DNA of 60,290 nt, counting the filler, from Streblomastix strix (Eukaryota), in NCBI GenBank assembly GCA_008636045.1. It is 3 parts of 3 records of this genome, joined end to end, with 100 filler letters (N's around TTAATTAATTAA, not from the genome) between each part and the next. Parts side by side here need not be neighbours in the genome. Positions count along the whole stretch, not along the records: positions 20,144 to 40,180 come from SNRW01000465.1; positions 40,281 to 60,290 come from SNRW01000467.1; 1 more part is not named here. The stretch is one strand, 5' to 3'. The translations under genes and the position numbers were made by a program. Of this stretch, positions 36,900 to 50,600 are shown piece after piece. Each line of letters begins with the position of its first letter. Position 1 is the stretch's first letter. The notes under the pieces were generated by a model, which had not been told where the DNA came from, made no database searches, and saw nothing but the letters and a program-made list of their open reading frames with translations.

Positions 36900-37157
36900 T
36901 CTTACGATTATATTCCTTTTTGTATTGATTTATTTTTGCATTGATGCTCATAGTCATTTGGCACGGTCGAATGATTTGAATTACCACGGCAGAATTAGTG
37001 CTCAGTGATGCGGACAATTAACTAAAATTGTTTATGTCATTTGACTAGTGAATATGATTGATTTTATGCGTTGATGGTGATGGTCATTTGGCGCGGACAA
37101 ATGAGGTCATTTTCATACGGAAAATCATAGCCTCCAAAATTTTTATATATTATCTCT
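36900..37157 (+). repeat. Terminus of the Polinton-like element (copy 2 of 3) with repeated gtcatttgg motifs
   Basis: ttgatgctcatagtcatttggcacgg (~36941) and ttgatggtgatggtcatttggcgcgg (~37071), then atacggaaaatcatagcctccaaaatttttatatattatctct. Confidence 0.75.
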
Positions 37158-37299
37158 TACGAAGAGATTTGAGGTCGCCTCTGAAGAAAAGTGAGAAGTT
37201 TCAAGAAGAAGTGATCCAACATGGTCATATTTAGATGCAAAATTTGAGCTGAATAGTGCTTTAGACAGTTGATATGTGAGGTATGAAATTATTACTAAA

Positions 37300-37430
37300 T
37301 AACTAATGAAATAATATTCATATTATATTATTGAAATTTTATTTATATAATTCTATTGAAATAATATTTAAATTATATTTTTGAAATATTATTTATATTA
37401 TATTATTGAAATATTATTTGTATTGTACTG
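37300..37430 (+). repeat. AT-rich minisatellite (~24-26 nt unit, ~5 degenerate copies)
   Basis: Repeated ttgaaat(a)ttatttatattatatta-like unit. Confidence 0.6.
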
Positions 37431-37764
37431 TTAAAATGTATTATTATATTGTTAATAATTATTATTGTTTAATAATGAAATTGTTCTTCCTGGCCACAAT
37501 AAAGCTCCTAGTACAATACTTCCAGAAATTTCTCACTAATTACAAGTTCGGTTACTTTGAATCCGCCAATGCATCTGATCTGAAAGAATTTTTTATCAGA
37601 GTTAGGGCAATACTGACAGAGAGAGGCGATATTTTATTTGGTTTGTATCAGTATGAAGGATCTGGTTGATTATTTTATTGACGAACTGCTACAAATTTCA
37701 GTCCTATAGTTGGTGACGCCTTCATTGACTATAAATTAGAAAAGTTCCGTATTGATTTTGGACT

Positions 37765-39446
37765 TGAGTCAATTAGTTCAGATTTATCAGCTTTCAAGAG
37801 TGAGATTGCATCATCTTCTGTATTGGAATAAATGTCAGTTTTATCAGCTTTCAGCAATAAGAGAGCATCATCTTCTGTCCTAAAATGTGCATCAATTAGT
37901 TCAGCTTTATCAGTTTTCAAAAGCAAGAGTGCAACATCTTCTGTCTTGGAATAACTATCCACAATATCAACAACATTTGCTTTTGCATCGAGTAGAGCAT
38001 CATCTTCTGTCTTGGAATATGAATCAATTAGTTCAGATTTATCAGCCTTCAATAGTAGCATTTCATCCAACTGTTCTTAATCATATGACTCCGGTGCGTT
38101 ATTCGTAATAGTGATTTATTGATTAATGTTCTGAACATATTCTACTAAAACAAACTTATTATCTCTAATATTTCTAAATAATATTTCATCATGAATTTAA
38201 ATAACATCGAAAACATGCGCTTCACTTTGTGCCATTTATTCAAAAATAAACAACTCTACAATATGTCAAATTTTATTTGGTACTGCCAATAACCCTTACG
38301 ATACTACTTACATCACTAATGACGATATTTCATTTAAGTCTAATATTGATGTAATTTTTCTTCCTTTATACAAATATAATTTATCAGTATCTCTTAATAG
38401 ATTAACTTTATTTTCATCTAATACATGGAAATTTTCATTTTCAATCGCAATTTCATTTAATGTTATAGTATCATCATTCATTAATCTAGTGAAGCATATA
38501 CTAATATTTTCATTCATTTAAACTTATTATTGATTAACATCAAATGTACATGCAACAACTCTGATAAGTTAGGGTACAGATAAAATGAAATGAGCTGATT
38601 CATTTAACATATATTCATCTTCACAAATTAAATCTAATAACCGTTTACATACAAATGAATCAGCAGTTAATTCATTTTCAAATATTGAGCTTCTTCTTCT
38701 GGATTGTTATGGAGAGTCAATTGATATTTATTACTTTTTTTTCAAATGGTGAATCTTCTTCAATAATTGTTGGAATTGATAGTTGTCTTGGAAATATAAT
38801 TTACGTCATTTTGTCTGAACAAAAAACTAAAATATATTTTCTAAATTAAACATAGTTAAACATTCAGATTAATCTTTCTTGGGTTATTCCTCTTAACTAG
38901 GTTTTTATTACTCATTTACTATGCTGAATGTACTTGCTATCAAAAACAGATTAATTATCTCAACTTATGTTATGATTACTGTTGAAGAAACTAACGTACA
39001 TTATTAAAGTTTGTTCTACTTCCTGTATAACTTAAATCCTTTAATTTAGTTACAAATTCAGTATATAATGAACCATATTTCTCTGATTCATTGAAAGGTC
39101 TAATAATTGCCATTAATTAAAAAATTTCCATTTTTGGTAACTTAGACATTTATTAGAAAATAAAAAAATAAAAAATTATTATAGAAAATATTGTTAATTT
39201 TTTTCTTATTAAATTATTTAAATAATCAAAATGAATATATTACTTTATATATTGTTATATATATTTCGACAATTGGATTTATTCATGAAAATATAAAGTG
39301 ATAATATTAATATTATACATTATTAGTATCAAATGGCAGTAACAAACAATAATATACATTGATACTCATAGTCATTCGGCTTGGATTAATGTAGTTATTT
39401 TGATACGAAAAATCTTAACCGTCAAAACTTTTATAATAATATCTCT
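37765..39446 (-). mobile_element. Internally deleted sister copy of the Polinton-like element
   Basis: Fibre N-terminus (ATG 38235), homologue of the 28027-28569 ORF (38266-38809, +1 frameshift in a T run), part of the TM ORF fused at ~38995 to the first ~50 codons of pPolB (ATG 39149), then terminus copy 3 ending atctct at 39446. Confidence 0.85.
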
Positions 39447-40180
39447 AACGAAACTATTTGATAAACGAGATTTAATGAAATGCAAAATAATCTAAAATTA
39501 CAAATTTCTTAGCACCATTGCTCAACAACCATCAGGTCAATCCTAGATTGAGTCTACTGTAATAATGATATAAATCAAGTACTCTATATAATTATATATA
39601 TATGAACTCAAAATTCGACGATAGCAAATTTAAATTTTTACCATATGAATTTATTTATTAATCACCTAAAAATGATTATGATTCTTTTAACATCCCTAAA
39701 TAAATTAATAATATATAATGAATTAGAAAGTTAAAAAAAAATGAAAGCGAATATGGAACTTGAATAAATTTTTCAAACGGTATTTATGATGTTTGTATAT
39801 CTCAATTTTGATCTAAACATATATATAATTAGACATGTGTTATGAATTTATATAATTATGCATATATAATATAATATCTCATCTTAAATGAGTTGAAAAA
39901 TCATTTTTAAAATTTAACCATTCTACTTTATTTAAAATAACTACTTACTATAATATTATTAATTTTTTTATACAATTCTTTCATTAATTATTGTAAAAGA
40001 CGAATTTACATTTTTGTATTATATACGTATAACACCGAACAATTTTTTATATTTGAAAACAACCCAGCCTTTATGAGGCCTCCATTATTTATTGGAATAC
40101 AGAACCGTGAAATGTGGGTCAGATCGGAAAAAGCTGACATTCTAAACATCATAAACATTACAATTATTTAAATTCATAGC

Positions 40181-40280
40181 NNNNNNNNNNNNNNNNNNNN
40201 NNNNNNNNNNNNNNNNNNNNNNNNTTAATTAATTAANNNNNNNNNNNNNNNNNNNNNNNNNNNNNNNNNNNNNNNNNNNN
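40181..40280. other. Artificial assembly linker/gap
   Basis: 44 N + TTAATTAATTAA + 44 N. Confidence 0.98.
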
Positions 40281-40303
40281 TCAAAAATTTGTTTTCAGTA
40301 TGT

Positions 40304-41300
40304 TCATTACTTATTTCTGCGCATGAATCTTACAATAGAAAGTTATTCAATACCAGCTTCTCGTTGTAAAATTATCTGCAAATCAAAATTTAAAATAAAA
40401 TAATAAAATGAAAATGTCGAAAATTATTGACCTTTCCATCAAATCCAAATTATCTCATCCGAATGATTACTTCTTTTGGTTTGTTGCTACTTAAGAAGAC
40501 AATATATGCAAGACCATCAGGGGCAAGAAGATCCTTAATAAAAGCATTTCAAAATAAGATGAAACTTTTTCATTAAGCCAATCAACACACATCAAGTTTA
40601 TTTAGAATACGATCGGTAACTTCCATACCATTTCTGTGTCAATATCAAAATAAATTAGTTTTAATACTGCATTAATAATTATTATTGAGAAAGCAAACTT
40701 TCCACCAGCCCAAGCAGCAGAAATTACACTCAATTAACTTAATTTTGAATCGCTTGTATAATCCGCATTAATTGCACTACTCTTTGCTTCCTCGAATTCT
40801 TCAGCATCTGTCGGTACATATGGTGGGTTGAATAATATAATATCGAATGATCTATATAACTTCCCTTCTAATGGTCCAAGGAGATCACACCGAACCACTT
40901 CAACATTGACCTAACATATATAAAAATAAAGATATAATAATAAAGACAATTAAGATAATATATACACATTGTTCATCTAGCAGGTCTATTTTGTTATATG
41001 TGCAGCATCATCACTTATATCTACTGCAAGGCAGAGGGCAGAATTGGAAAGAAAATTTGCTGAAAAAAAGCTTATCACCACTCCACTACCACATCCAATC
41101 TCTACACATATTAAAGGATTCAATTTTTTAATAAGATGAAGGTCTCTTTCAAGAGCGTCAAGAAGAAGAAATGTGTCTTCAGCAGGAGGGTAAGTTCTAC
41201 TAGTCTCAAGCGCCTCTGGATAAATAGGAGTTGGAAATTTAGTGTTCGTTGCATCACTGATTTTAGACTCATCACTTTTTTTATTAGATTTGTTATGCAT
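40304..41300 (-). CDS. N6AMT1: eRF1 glutamine N5-methyltransferase (N6AMT1/HemK2/Mtq2), about four short introns
   Basis: [27 protein letters not shown] (SAM-binding), [60 protein letters not shown] 41300, TGA 40304-40306. Confidence 0.93.
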
Positions 41301-41668
41301 GCGAGAATGCGGTAACAAGGGCAGTGGTTCAATTTGGAATCCCTACACAAGTTTATAAACGTTGTAAATATCAATTTTTATCTTCCAAATTATTTTCATT
41401 TATTTTACATAATTTGAACTAACAAGATCCATTACAGCGATTTCCAGATCGCATTTTCTAAAATCGCAATTTTCTACATTTACAATCTTTGCTGTGCTAT
41501 TTTTTATATTTTCATTATAAAAGAAAACATGTGTCATGATATCTTATATGATATAAAGATCAAAACTGATATTCAAGAAGTGAATGAGAGTGATTTAATT
41601 TAAATCTCATTTTTTACAGATCCCATCAATATTTGAACTATATTTTTTTATTATTTACAGAGAATTAC

Positions 41669-44600
41669 ATGGCTTAAACTATGGAAGTTGAGGGGAAAGC
41701 ACCGTCTCCCTCGTTAGAAATGCCAAAACAACTTTTATTCTAAAGTCGCCTTCTTTCATCGCTTCCTCGCGCCGCTGCACTACGTAGAGATTAGAGCCTC
41801 ACGTTACTCAATTTATCGCTCAATATTTTGGACAATATCGTAGAACTTGCAGAGCTGTTTCCTCGCGTATAAACATTATTGCTTGGATAGAACAGATTAA
41901 AGGAAATTCCCGAGTCGCTAGCAACTGTTGAACCGCTGGAGAGATTGGTATGATTATCTTCATGAAGTATAACATACATGTATTTTTATCATTTCCTATT
42001 TTACTTAGGAGCTGGCTTAAAATCTGATAGAATATTTGCCACATGCCATCTTTGAACATTTAAGTGAGCTCAACTTGAAAATGAATAAAATACAAGCCAT
42101 TCCACATGATCTTGGCATCATATTCCCTAGTCTAGTATATTTGTCGTTATAATGGAATAAATTACTAACCCTTCCACGAATTACAAACAACCGACTTTTT
42201 AAATTAGAGGCTGATTAGAACATTATCACATCAATAATGCATCCAATCATAGCTAATAGGTATGATAACATTAATAAACCAATTTTATTCATAATAAAAT
42301 ACTATTATTATATATTTTAATATAGTCTGGATACAATGACTTTGTCTTGCAATGATATTCAGGGTGATTTCATCTTCCCTGATGGAACATCAATTAATTG
42401 GCTTGAATAGATCGATCTGAGAATGAATAAAATTGAAAGGATTCCATTAAAGGTATTCATAATATGCAAGAATGAATATATTACACTTATTTATATATTA
42501 TTTTCATTATATTATTTATATTCATATTATTTATATTATTTATAGACAATTCAATAAATCCCCAATTTAAGGACTTTAATGCTGACTCATAACTCAATAT
42601 AATAATTTCCCAGAGAGATGGGTATTATATTAAAGCAATTTAGAGATCTATGGGTGAGCGATAATTAATTAATTTCTTTACCTGATACTATCGGTTTAAA
42701 TGATGTATGTAATTCATTTATTAAATAATAAATAAGGATTAATATATAATAATATATGAAAATATTTTAAATATACAAAATCATATTTTATTTATATATT
42801 ATATATTTAAAAGGATTTTTAAACTCTCTTTGCAGTTAATAATTATTTAAGAGAATGTCCACCTTTTGTGAGTAAATCACCTGTATAATACATTATTATT
42901 ATTTAATTTATATTAATAGAGTTATTAATATTTTCTATTTATCACTCTTCTTTGAATTTTAATTATCTATTATTTTTTAGAGTGGAGTTAGAATTAATGT
43001 TTCAAACAATTAATTAACACAAGTTCCAATATTAGGATAAGATGTTGATGCTTTCTCAGCTGAAAGAAATAAAATATGGAGAACACAAATATCATTTCCT
43101 ACTAATTCAAAGTATGCTTAAAATGGAGAGATAAATATAACATACAGAATAAAACTAGAGAACTTTAAACATTAATTAATTAAATGTTATTAAAATTTCT
43201 TTATTGTATATTAATAGACTTCAACTTCTAGCACTTAGATATAATTATTTAAGATAAATTCCTGAATCAATATTTCCTTTAAAACTACAATTCTTAATTT
43301 TAGGTGCTAATTAAATAAGATAGGTCTGATTTTATTTTTAATCATTATTAATTATTGTTTTATATTTATGAAAATAAAATTTATAAATAAAATTAAAATG
43401 AATATTATTTATATTTGAATATATTTATGATATAGGTTTCTTCATTGCTTAGTTCAATGACTACATTAAAAGTTTTAGATCTTTCATTCAATATGCTATC
43501 TGAAGTATATAAACATTTATTAAAAGAGATTAATTAGTTAATATTTATTTTTTTATTGATTTATTTAATTCTATTATTTATTAAGGTACCATAAGCACTT
43601 CATTCTTTACCATCACTTACTAAACTATCATTGGCATATAATAGAATTAAATAAATACCACCATGGCTATTCACATTACCTTCTTTAAAAGCTATTTATT
43701 TATCTGGTATGACCATATATTATTAGTAAATATTATTTATTTATTTACTAAATTTGTTTTATTATATTTATTAATACATTATTTAGGTAATATGATAGAA
43801 ACACTACCAACAGAAGAACTAGTTTAATGGCATTTATAGAGTTCTAATTTAGAAGGGAGGTTTTTATTCTATATTTAATTTAGAAATGAAAGTATTTTAT
43901 TTATATATATTTTTAATTAGAAATGAAGAAGAAGCAAAGAATGCAATGTAATAGTTAAATGAATCTGCATCTATTAATCCATAATAATCTTTTCCTTCTA
44001 TTTCTTCTCTATTGCCAATTACTTCTCAATAATAATCTATATTATCATCTTCATCTGAATCAGATGGTGGAATTGATTCTCCAATATTAAATAGTAAAAT
44101 AAATAAGTAGATTTTAGGTAATGAATAATAATCACAATCTTAATAGTAGATATAATAACCTATGTCTCCTTCTATATAAGCTTTATCATAACCATTATTC
44201 TAATAATAATCTGCATAATAGACTCAATAATAAGCAAATAAAGAAAATAAGAAAGATAATTAATTGACGATAGAATAGATGATGATGTTATTCTCTTCTT
44301 TCTTTCCGTATCCTTCTAATTCTTCAAGTATGCATTTATTATTATTATTATGTTATTATACATTATTATTATTATTATTAACTTATATTTCATTCACTCT
44401 TTCTTTTTACTATTATATATATACTCTTTATATTAGTATTATCCTTATCTCACTAATCATCACATTCTTAATCATAAAATAGATCACAATCTCCTTTAAA
44501 TTAATAATCCCAGATAATACCTCCAATTCCTGACAAACCTTCTCTTTCTCCTCTTATTAATATTCAAATAGGATCAAACAGATTGAAATAATTCCCTCCT

Positions 44601-47600
44601 TTGTTTCTTAGATTCTATTAATTATAGACATTGAATATGGCACATAACAGAATAAGTGAGGTATTACATAAGTGTTGTTTATTTCCATCATTTATTTATC
44701 TATTTATTTATTCTCTTATTATATCTGATATTTCTCATTTAGCTTCCACCATAACTGTTTTAGTTATTACCTCGTTTAAATAGATTTGATATTAGCAGTA
44801 ATAGATTGAAAGATATTTCCAATTTATATTTTGCTTAATAAGCTGAAATGGTCTATGCTGATTTCTCTCATAACAAAATAGACAGGTATGTTTAATATCT
44901 CATAAAGAATATTACTTGAAATAAATATTTATCTTCTTAATTAATTATTCATATTAATATATATTATTTTATTGATGTATAGATTGCCACCAAGATTTAT
45001 GTATATGGATCCACTTCTAAGACCTCCTGCTGGTACATTTATAGGTATTTCATATATATATACATTTATATATAATGTTAATTGTTTATTTCAATTATAT
45101 TTATATATTAAGAATAACATACATAATCTACTCCACGTATTTAAACTGATAATAATAGCTTTATTAAAGACAAAGAGTAATATTTTTCATCTCCTTCTTT
45201 ATATTCACCTTAATAAGAAGTATTGAAAACACCAGAATAATTAAAATCTGCCAACATGTAATAAAGAGCAGGTATTGATATGAAAGATAATAATATGAAT
45301 AATGATCACTAATAATAATAAGCACAAATACAAAACTTCACTTCATCTTAAAATCCAATACTCCAATAATAGACATAAACATAATAATAATCTTCCAATT
45401 AATATTCACCACGATAAAGTCTGAATATGAATAATTTTAATTATTAAAACCAATAATCTGGAATGTCTTCTTTATTCTAAAGAATGAATCTGACTTAATT
45501 TCCTTTTAGCGATCGTTAATATGCTGGTTTGATAATAAATATTTAAGAAATAAAGAAATATTTGATATTATAAATGTCTTTATTATATTTACATTTAATT
45601 TATTATAATATAGGTCAAACATGGTTAACATATTTAGATATATCATTTAATAGAATAGGAATGTTAAAATGGAGAAATCAAATTGAAAATGAAATATTGC
45701 CTAAGCTAATTGTCCTATATAAAGAACCCCAATAAAATTAAAGAATTAATAAACCTGGATAATAATAAAACAAAATAACATCAATGAAATCTACATCTCC
45801 ATTGAAATCTTCTCCTTAATAAGGAATAACGAGTACTCCTTCTGGGAATTTACTATCTTAATCTACTAATTAAGCATCATCATAATCTCCAGATATATAA
45901 ACTGATACACAAAATTAACCATAGCAATTTTCATTTACTTCTTAAAATAGATCACAATCAGCTGCTCATAAGATGTCTTCAACTTCTTTATCATAAACGT
46001 AATCTCCAATTATGATATCATAGTAATATTCATAATAAACACCATAAAATTAATTGTCTTAATTATTATAATAGAAATAGAACAAGCAAAACAGACTATA
46101 ACAATCTCCTTCTAAAACCCACATTTCACAAACTGCTGATTCTGGCCAATTATAACAATAACAGTAATAAGAATAATCCCCATCAACTTTACAATAAAAT
46201 TCACCCTTCATATAACAGCAATCTTCTTAAATTAAGAAACAACCATCTTTATTATCCATATCTCCTCCTGTATAGAAACATTAATCATAATAAACTATTA
46301 ATTAATTACTTGCTTCATCTTAATTAATAAAATCAACTTCAAATTAATCATTAAATTCAGATAATTCAATATAAGAATTAAATGCATAAATATCTAAATC
46401 CTTTTATTAACCTTAACATTAATAATTACCAACATTATATTTCGTTAATCAACAGCCTTCAGTTGGAACAGGACAAGGATGGAGAAAATATGGACCAAAC
46501 TATTTAAGTTTATTAAAATAGGATATTATTTATTAATAGTTAACATTATTATCATCAGCTGGATCAATGAACACAATGGTATATAAATATTTATAGTATA
46601 TTTATTTATATATATATAGTTTATTTATGGTATATTTATTTATATTACATTTATTTATATCATATTAATCCAGGTTCGATGCACATCATCCTCATTCATT
46701 CCAGTAAACTCTAAACCTTGGGGTGCATATGGAGGATTATATGTATTAGAGAAGGAAATAGAAAAAACAATTAAAGATATTGGTGGGAAATAGGTAATAC
46801 TTTAATTATAATAATTTAGTTTGGATAAATAATAATAAGCATAAAGATAATAATAAGCTTAATAATAACTTTAACTTGTATTAAAGAGAAGATAAATAGG
46901 TTTGATTATTATCAATATGATTATAATTATTTTATTTTTATAAATTTATTATCATTTTTCAAATTATTTATCTCACTTTATTTATTCATTTATTATTGTT
47001 TAATATTAGATTTATATTTATCATCTCTATAACAATCTTCTGATTCAACATCTTAATTAAATTCTTAAAATTAATCTTAGACAATATCTGTAATTTTATA
47101 AACAACACAATAATCATAATTATAAATATAATCAGCAGCTTCCTTATCTTCTTCTTCTTCTAAAACATCAATTGCATTTTAATCTCCTTCACTAAAATCT
47201 TCTTAACCTTCTTAATCTAATTTATTAAATCCTTCATTATCTTCTTCACCAGCAATTTAGAGGAAACTCAGTTCAACATAAATACCTCCTTAATCATAAA
47301 CTGCTGCTCCTTCTTCCCCAAGACGTGCATCACATATGTAATAATAATAGTATTAATAATAATCTCCCAATATATTAAATAATACATCTACATAGATACT
47401 CCCAACTTTATCTAATTAATAATCTACTTCATCAATACAGCAATAATAAAGAACAAATAGAGGAAGTGAGAAAGTGAAGAAAGAAGAAATTAAAGACAGA
47501 AATGATAAGAGAATAAGAACAGATAAAGAATAAAGAGATCCCAGAGATATAAGAAAAGATGAAAGAAAAGATGTAAGAAGAGATCCAAAGAAAGATCCAA

Positions 47601-50600
47601 GAATTGATAATAAGAAAGATGATAAGAAAGAAGATAAGAAAGATGAGAAAGAATTGAAGGATAAAAGAGATAAGGAAAGAATTAGAGATAAAGACAAGGT
47701 TTCTGAAAGAAGCATAAATACTGATAAAAGTAGTGTAGATAAAAGTATCAATTCAGATGGAAGTTAAGTTACTGATAAAACTTCTAATACAGAAAATAGT
47801 TCGATTACAGATCGAAGTATACATAAAGAAAGAGACTTTGAGAAAGAAAAAGATAAAATAAAAGACAAAGATAAAGAGAAAAAAGATTTGGATTTACAAT
47901 CATTATAGATTTATAAATAAAAAGATAAAATTAATAAAGACAATGATATGAAATCTTTAGTATTTTATTAAGATAAAGATAAGTAGAAAGACATGGATTT
48001 GAAATCCCTGTAAAATTATAAAGACAAAGACAAAGACAAGGATAAAGAAAAGGATTTAAAATATTTATTACGAAATAAGGAGAAGGAGAAAGAAAAAGAG
48101 AAAGAAAAGATTAAGGAAAAAGATAAAGAGAAAGAAAAAGATAAGAAGAAAGAAAAAGAGAAAGAATAAGACATTGATTTAATATTCTCATAAAATTACG
48201 AAGTGATTTATTAAGAGAAAGATAGTGATTAAAAGTCATTAATGAACTACAAAGTCGGTAGTAAAGATAAAGATTCAGATTTAAAATCATTATAAAATTA
48301 TAAGTCTAAAGAGAAAGAAAAAGAAAAAGAGAAAGAGAAACTGAAGGAAAAATTAAAAGATAAACAAAAAGAAAAAGAAAAAGATAAGGATACGGGGATA
48401 GGAAAAATTATAGTAACAGAAAAAGAAAAAATATTATTGCTATAATAATTAGAATAAAGGGCATTAAATTAAACTTAAAAACCCATTAATTATCAATCAA
48501 AAGACAAAGATGAAAAAGAAAAACTATATCAGTTAAAGCAATTAGATGAAAAAGCATCAAATTAACCACCATCACCTTTTCATCATACTCGGAGTTAAAG
48601 CACAGTTATTAAACGTCCATCATCAAATGCTTCACTTTAATTCTCTTAATATTTCTAACCTTTATAACCAACAGGTTAATAACAAACATTAAAATAATCC
48701 ATTTAATAGTCTTCTTCCTCTTCCTCTCCTAAAACAGATATTCCACCCAATCAAACTTAAACAGAATCGCATCATCGCACATCATCATAAACAGAATTAT
48801 AACAATCTCCATCATACAAATTATTATAACCTTTGCAATAAAAGCCAAATCCTCCTCCACCAAAGATTGATTAAATTCCTTTATTACCTTTTAAATCATT
48901 AGCTAAGATGGATTTAACAATTCCTCCTCCTAAAAAATCATCATCTTCATCTTCATCTTCTCAAGGTGTTCCTCCAATAACAAAGGAATCTCCATTTTCT
49001 TCTTTTTCATCCTCATCTTCATCATCATATGTCCCTAATTCAAATTCTCAGTTTTCAATGCCTCCAGCACCTGATACATCACGTACTATATCTCACTTAC
49101 CAAGTTTCAATCGGAGTTCTCGTTCATAATCTACATCTAGATATCCCAATATGCCTCCTCTATAACTATAGCAGATATCTCAGTAAATATAATAAACATC
49201 ATTTACATCCAGAAGTGTATTTGATCAATCCAAATACAAAGATGTATTTTCATCATTGGACTCGTCCAAAGATTAATTTGAAGGTCGTTCTTCTCCTTCA
49301 ACCAAGTCATTGGCAGCACCAATTAAACATCACCATAGATCATAGAGTGCAGTTAAAACTAGACCTTAAAGTATGAGTATTCCAAGTTTGAGTGACCTTT
49401 CAGGATCAATGAGTAATAATCTATTTAGTAACATCAGTGTGAGTATAAATGTGAGTTCAAATTAGAAAATAGATCTGGCAACTGCACTGAAGTTGAAAAG
49501 GAAAGAAAAAGAATTAGAGAAAGAAAAAGAGAGAGAATCAGAGAAAGAAAAGGATAAGGAAAGAGAAATGTAAAAAGAAAAAGAAAAAGAAAGAGAGAAA
49601 GAATTGGAATAATAGAAGGAGAAAGAAAAAGAAAACTAAGATAGAAGAACTGAATATGAAATTAAAGAAGAAAGATTTAAATAGTTACTTTAATAAGAAA
49701 ATAAAACAAAAGATAGTAAAGATGAACAACATTAAAAGGAAAAAGAGAAAGAATATAAGGTTAAAGATCCTAAAGAATTAAAAGAAATTAGATAAAGAAG
49801 AGAAATTAGAATAAAATAAGAAAAGAATGAATGGAGAAAAGATGCTTTAATTGACGATTATTAAGAAGATTAATATTTATAAATAAGCAAAGAAGATAGG
49901 AAAGAAGACATTAAAGAAGATAAGTAATTAGATAAGAAAGATGCAATTATAGAATTCAAGAAAGAGGACAATAAAGATGTTAATGAAAAGAAGACTGAAA
50001 TTATGAATGATTTTTTCAAAATAGATTTAAATAGTACAACAGACAATTAAGAAGATTTAAAAGACAATTAAGATGATTCATTAACAGATATAAAGAGTTT
50101 GAGAAGATCAACAATAGTGAGAAGAAGTGAAAGAATAAAGAAAAGTGACTATGAAGATGTCCAAGAATTGATAAAGTCAAATAAGGAGAGTAAAGAAGTA
50201 AGTGAATTTAATGTGAGAGATAATACATAGAAAGATAATAAAGAAATTAGCTTGAAAGAAAAATTGAGAGAAAAAGCAAAAGAAAGAGAAAGAATTAGTA
50301 AAGAAATAAAAGATGCTGTAGAAGTTAAATAAGAAATAAAAGAACCAGTTGAAATTAAATAAGAAATAAAACAACTAGTTGAAGTTAAATAAGAAAACAA
50401 AGTAATAATTAAAGATAGAACTATAGATAAGGATAAGAACAAGGATAAAGACAATATTATCCAGATATAAATTAATGTTGAAGAAGATGAAAATGAATTA
50501 GATTAGATTCTTCCTTATATTCTTCCTGTATATCCTGGTGACCCAGAAAATGATACAAAATTCCAACAACAGTAAAAAGAAATTAAATTAAAAGAAAAAA

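Larger units (their letters stand above)
25147..37157 (-). mobile_element. Polinton/Maverick-like endogenous DNA virus segment (left part truncated)
   Basis: Tightly packed, intronless, co-directional genes (pPolB, HNH, rve integrase, AT-hook, small TM, fibre-like) separated by short A/T spacers. The right end ...tatatattatctct reads 5'-AGAGATAATATA on the minus strand. No capsid, ATPase or adenain protease was recognised in the retained part. Confidence 0.85.

Noticed and set aside
37160..37765. GC-richer coding-like fragments between the two Polinton copies
   Set aside because: Interrupted by TGAs with no recognisable domain; cannot be assigned from sequence alone.
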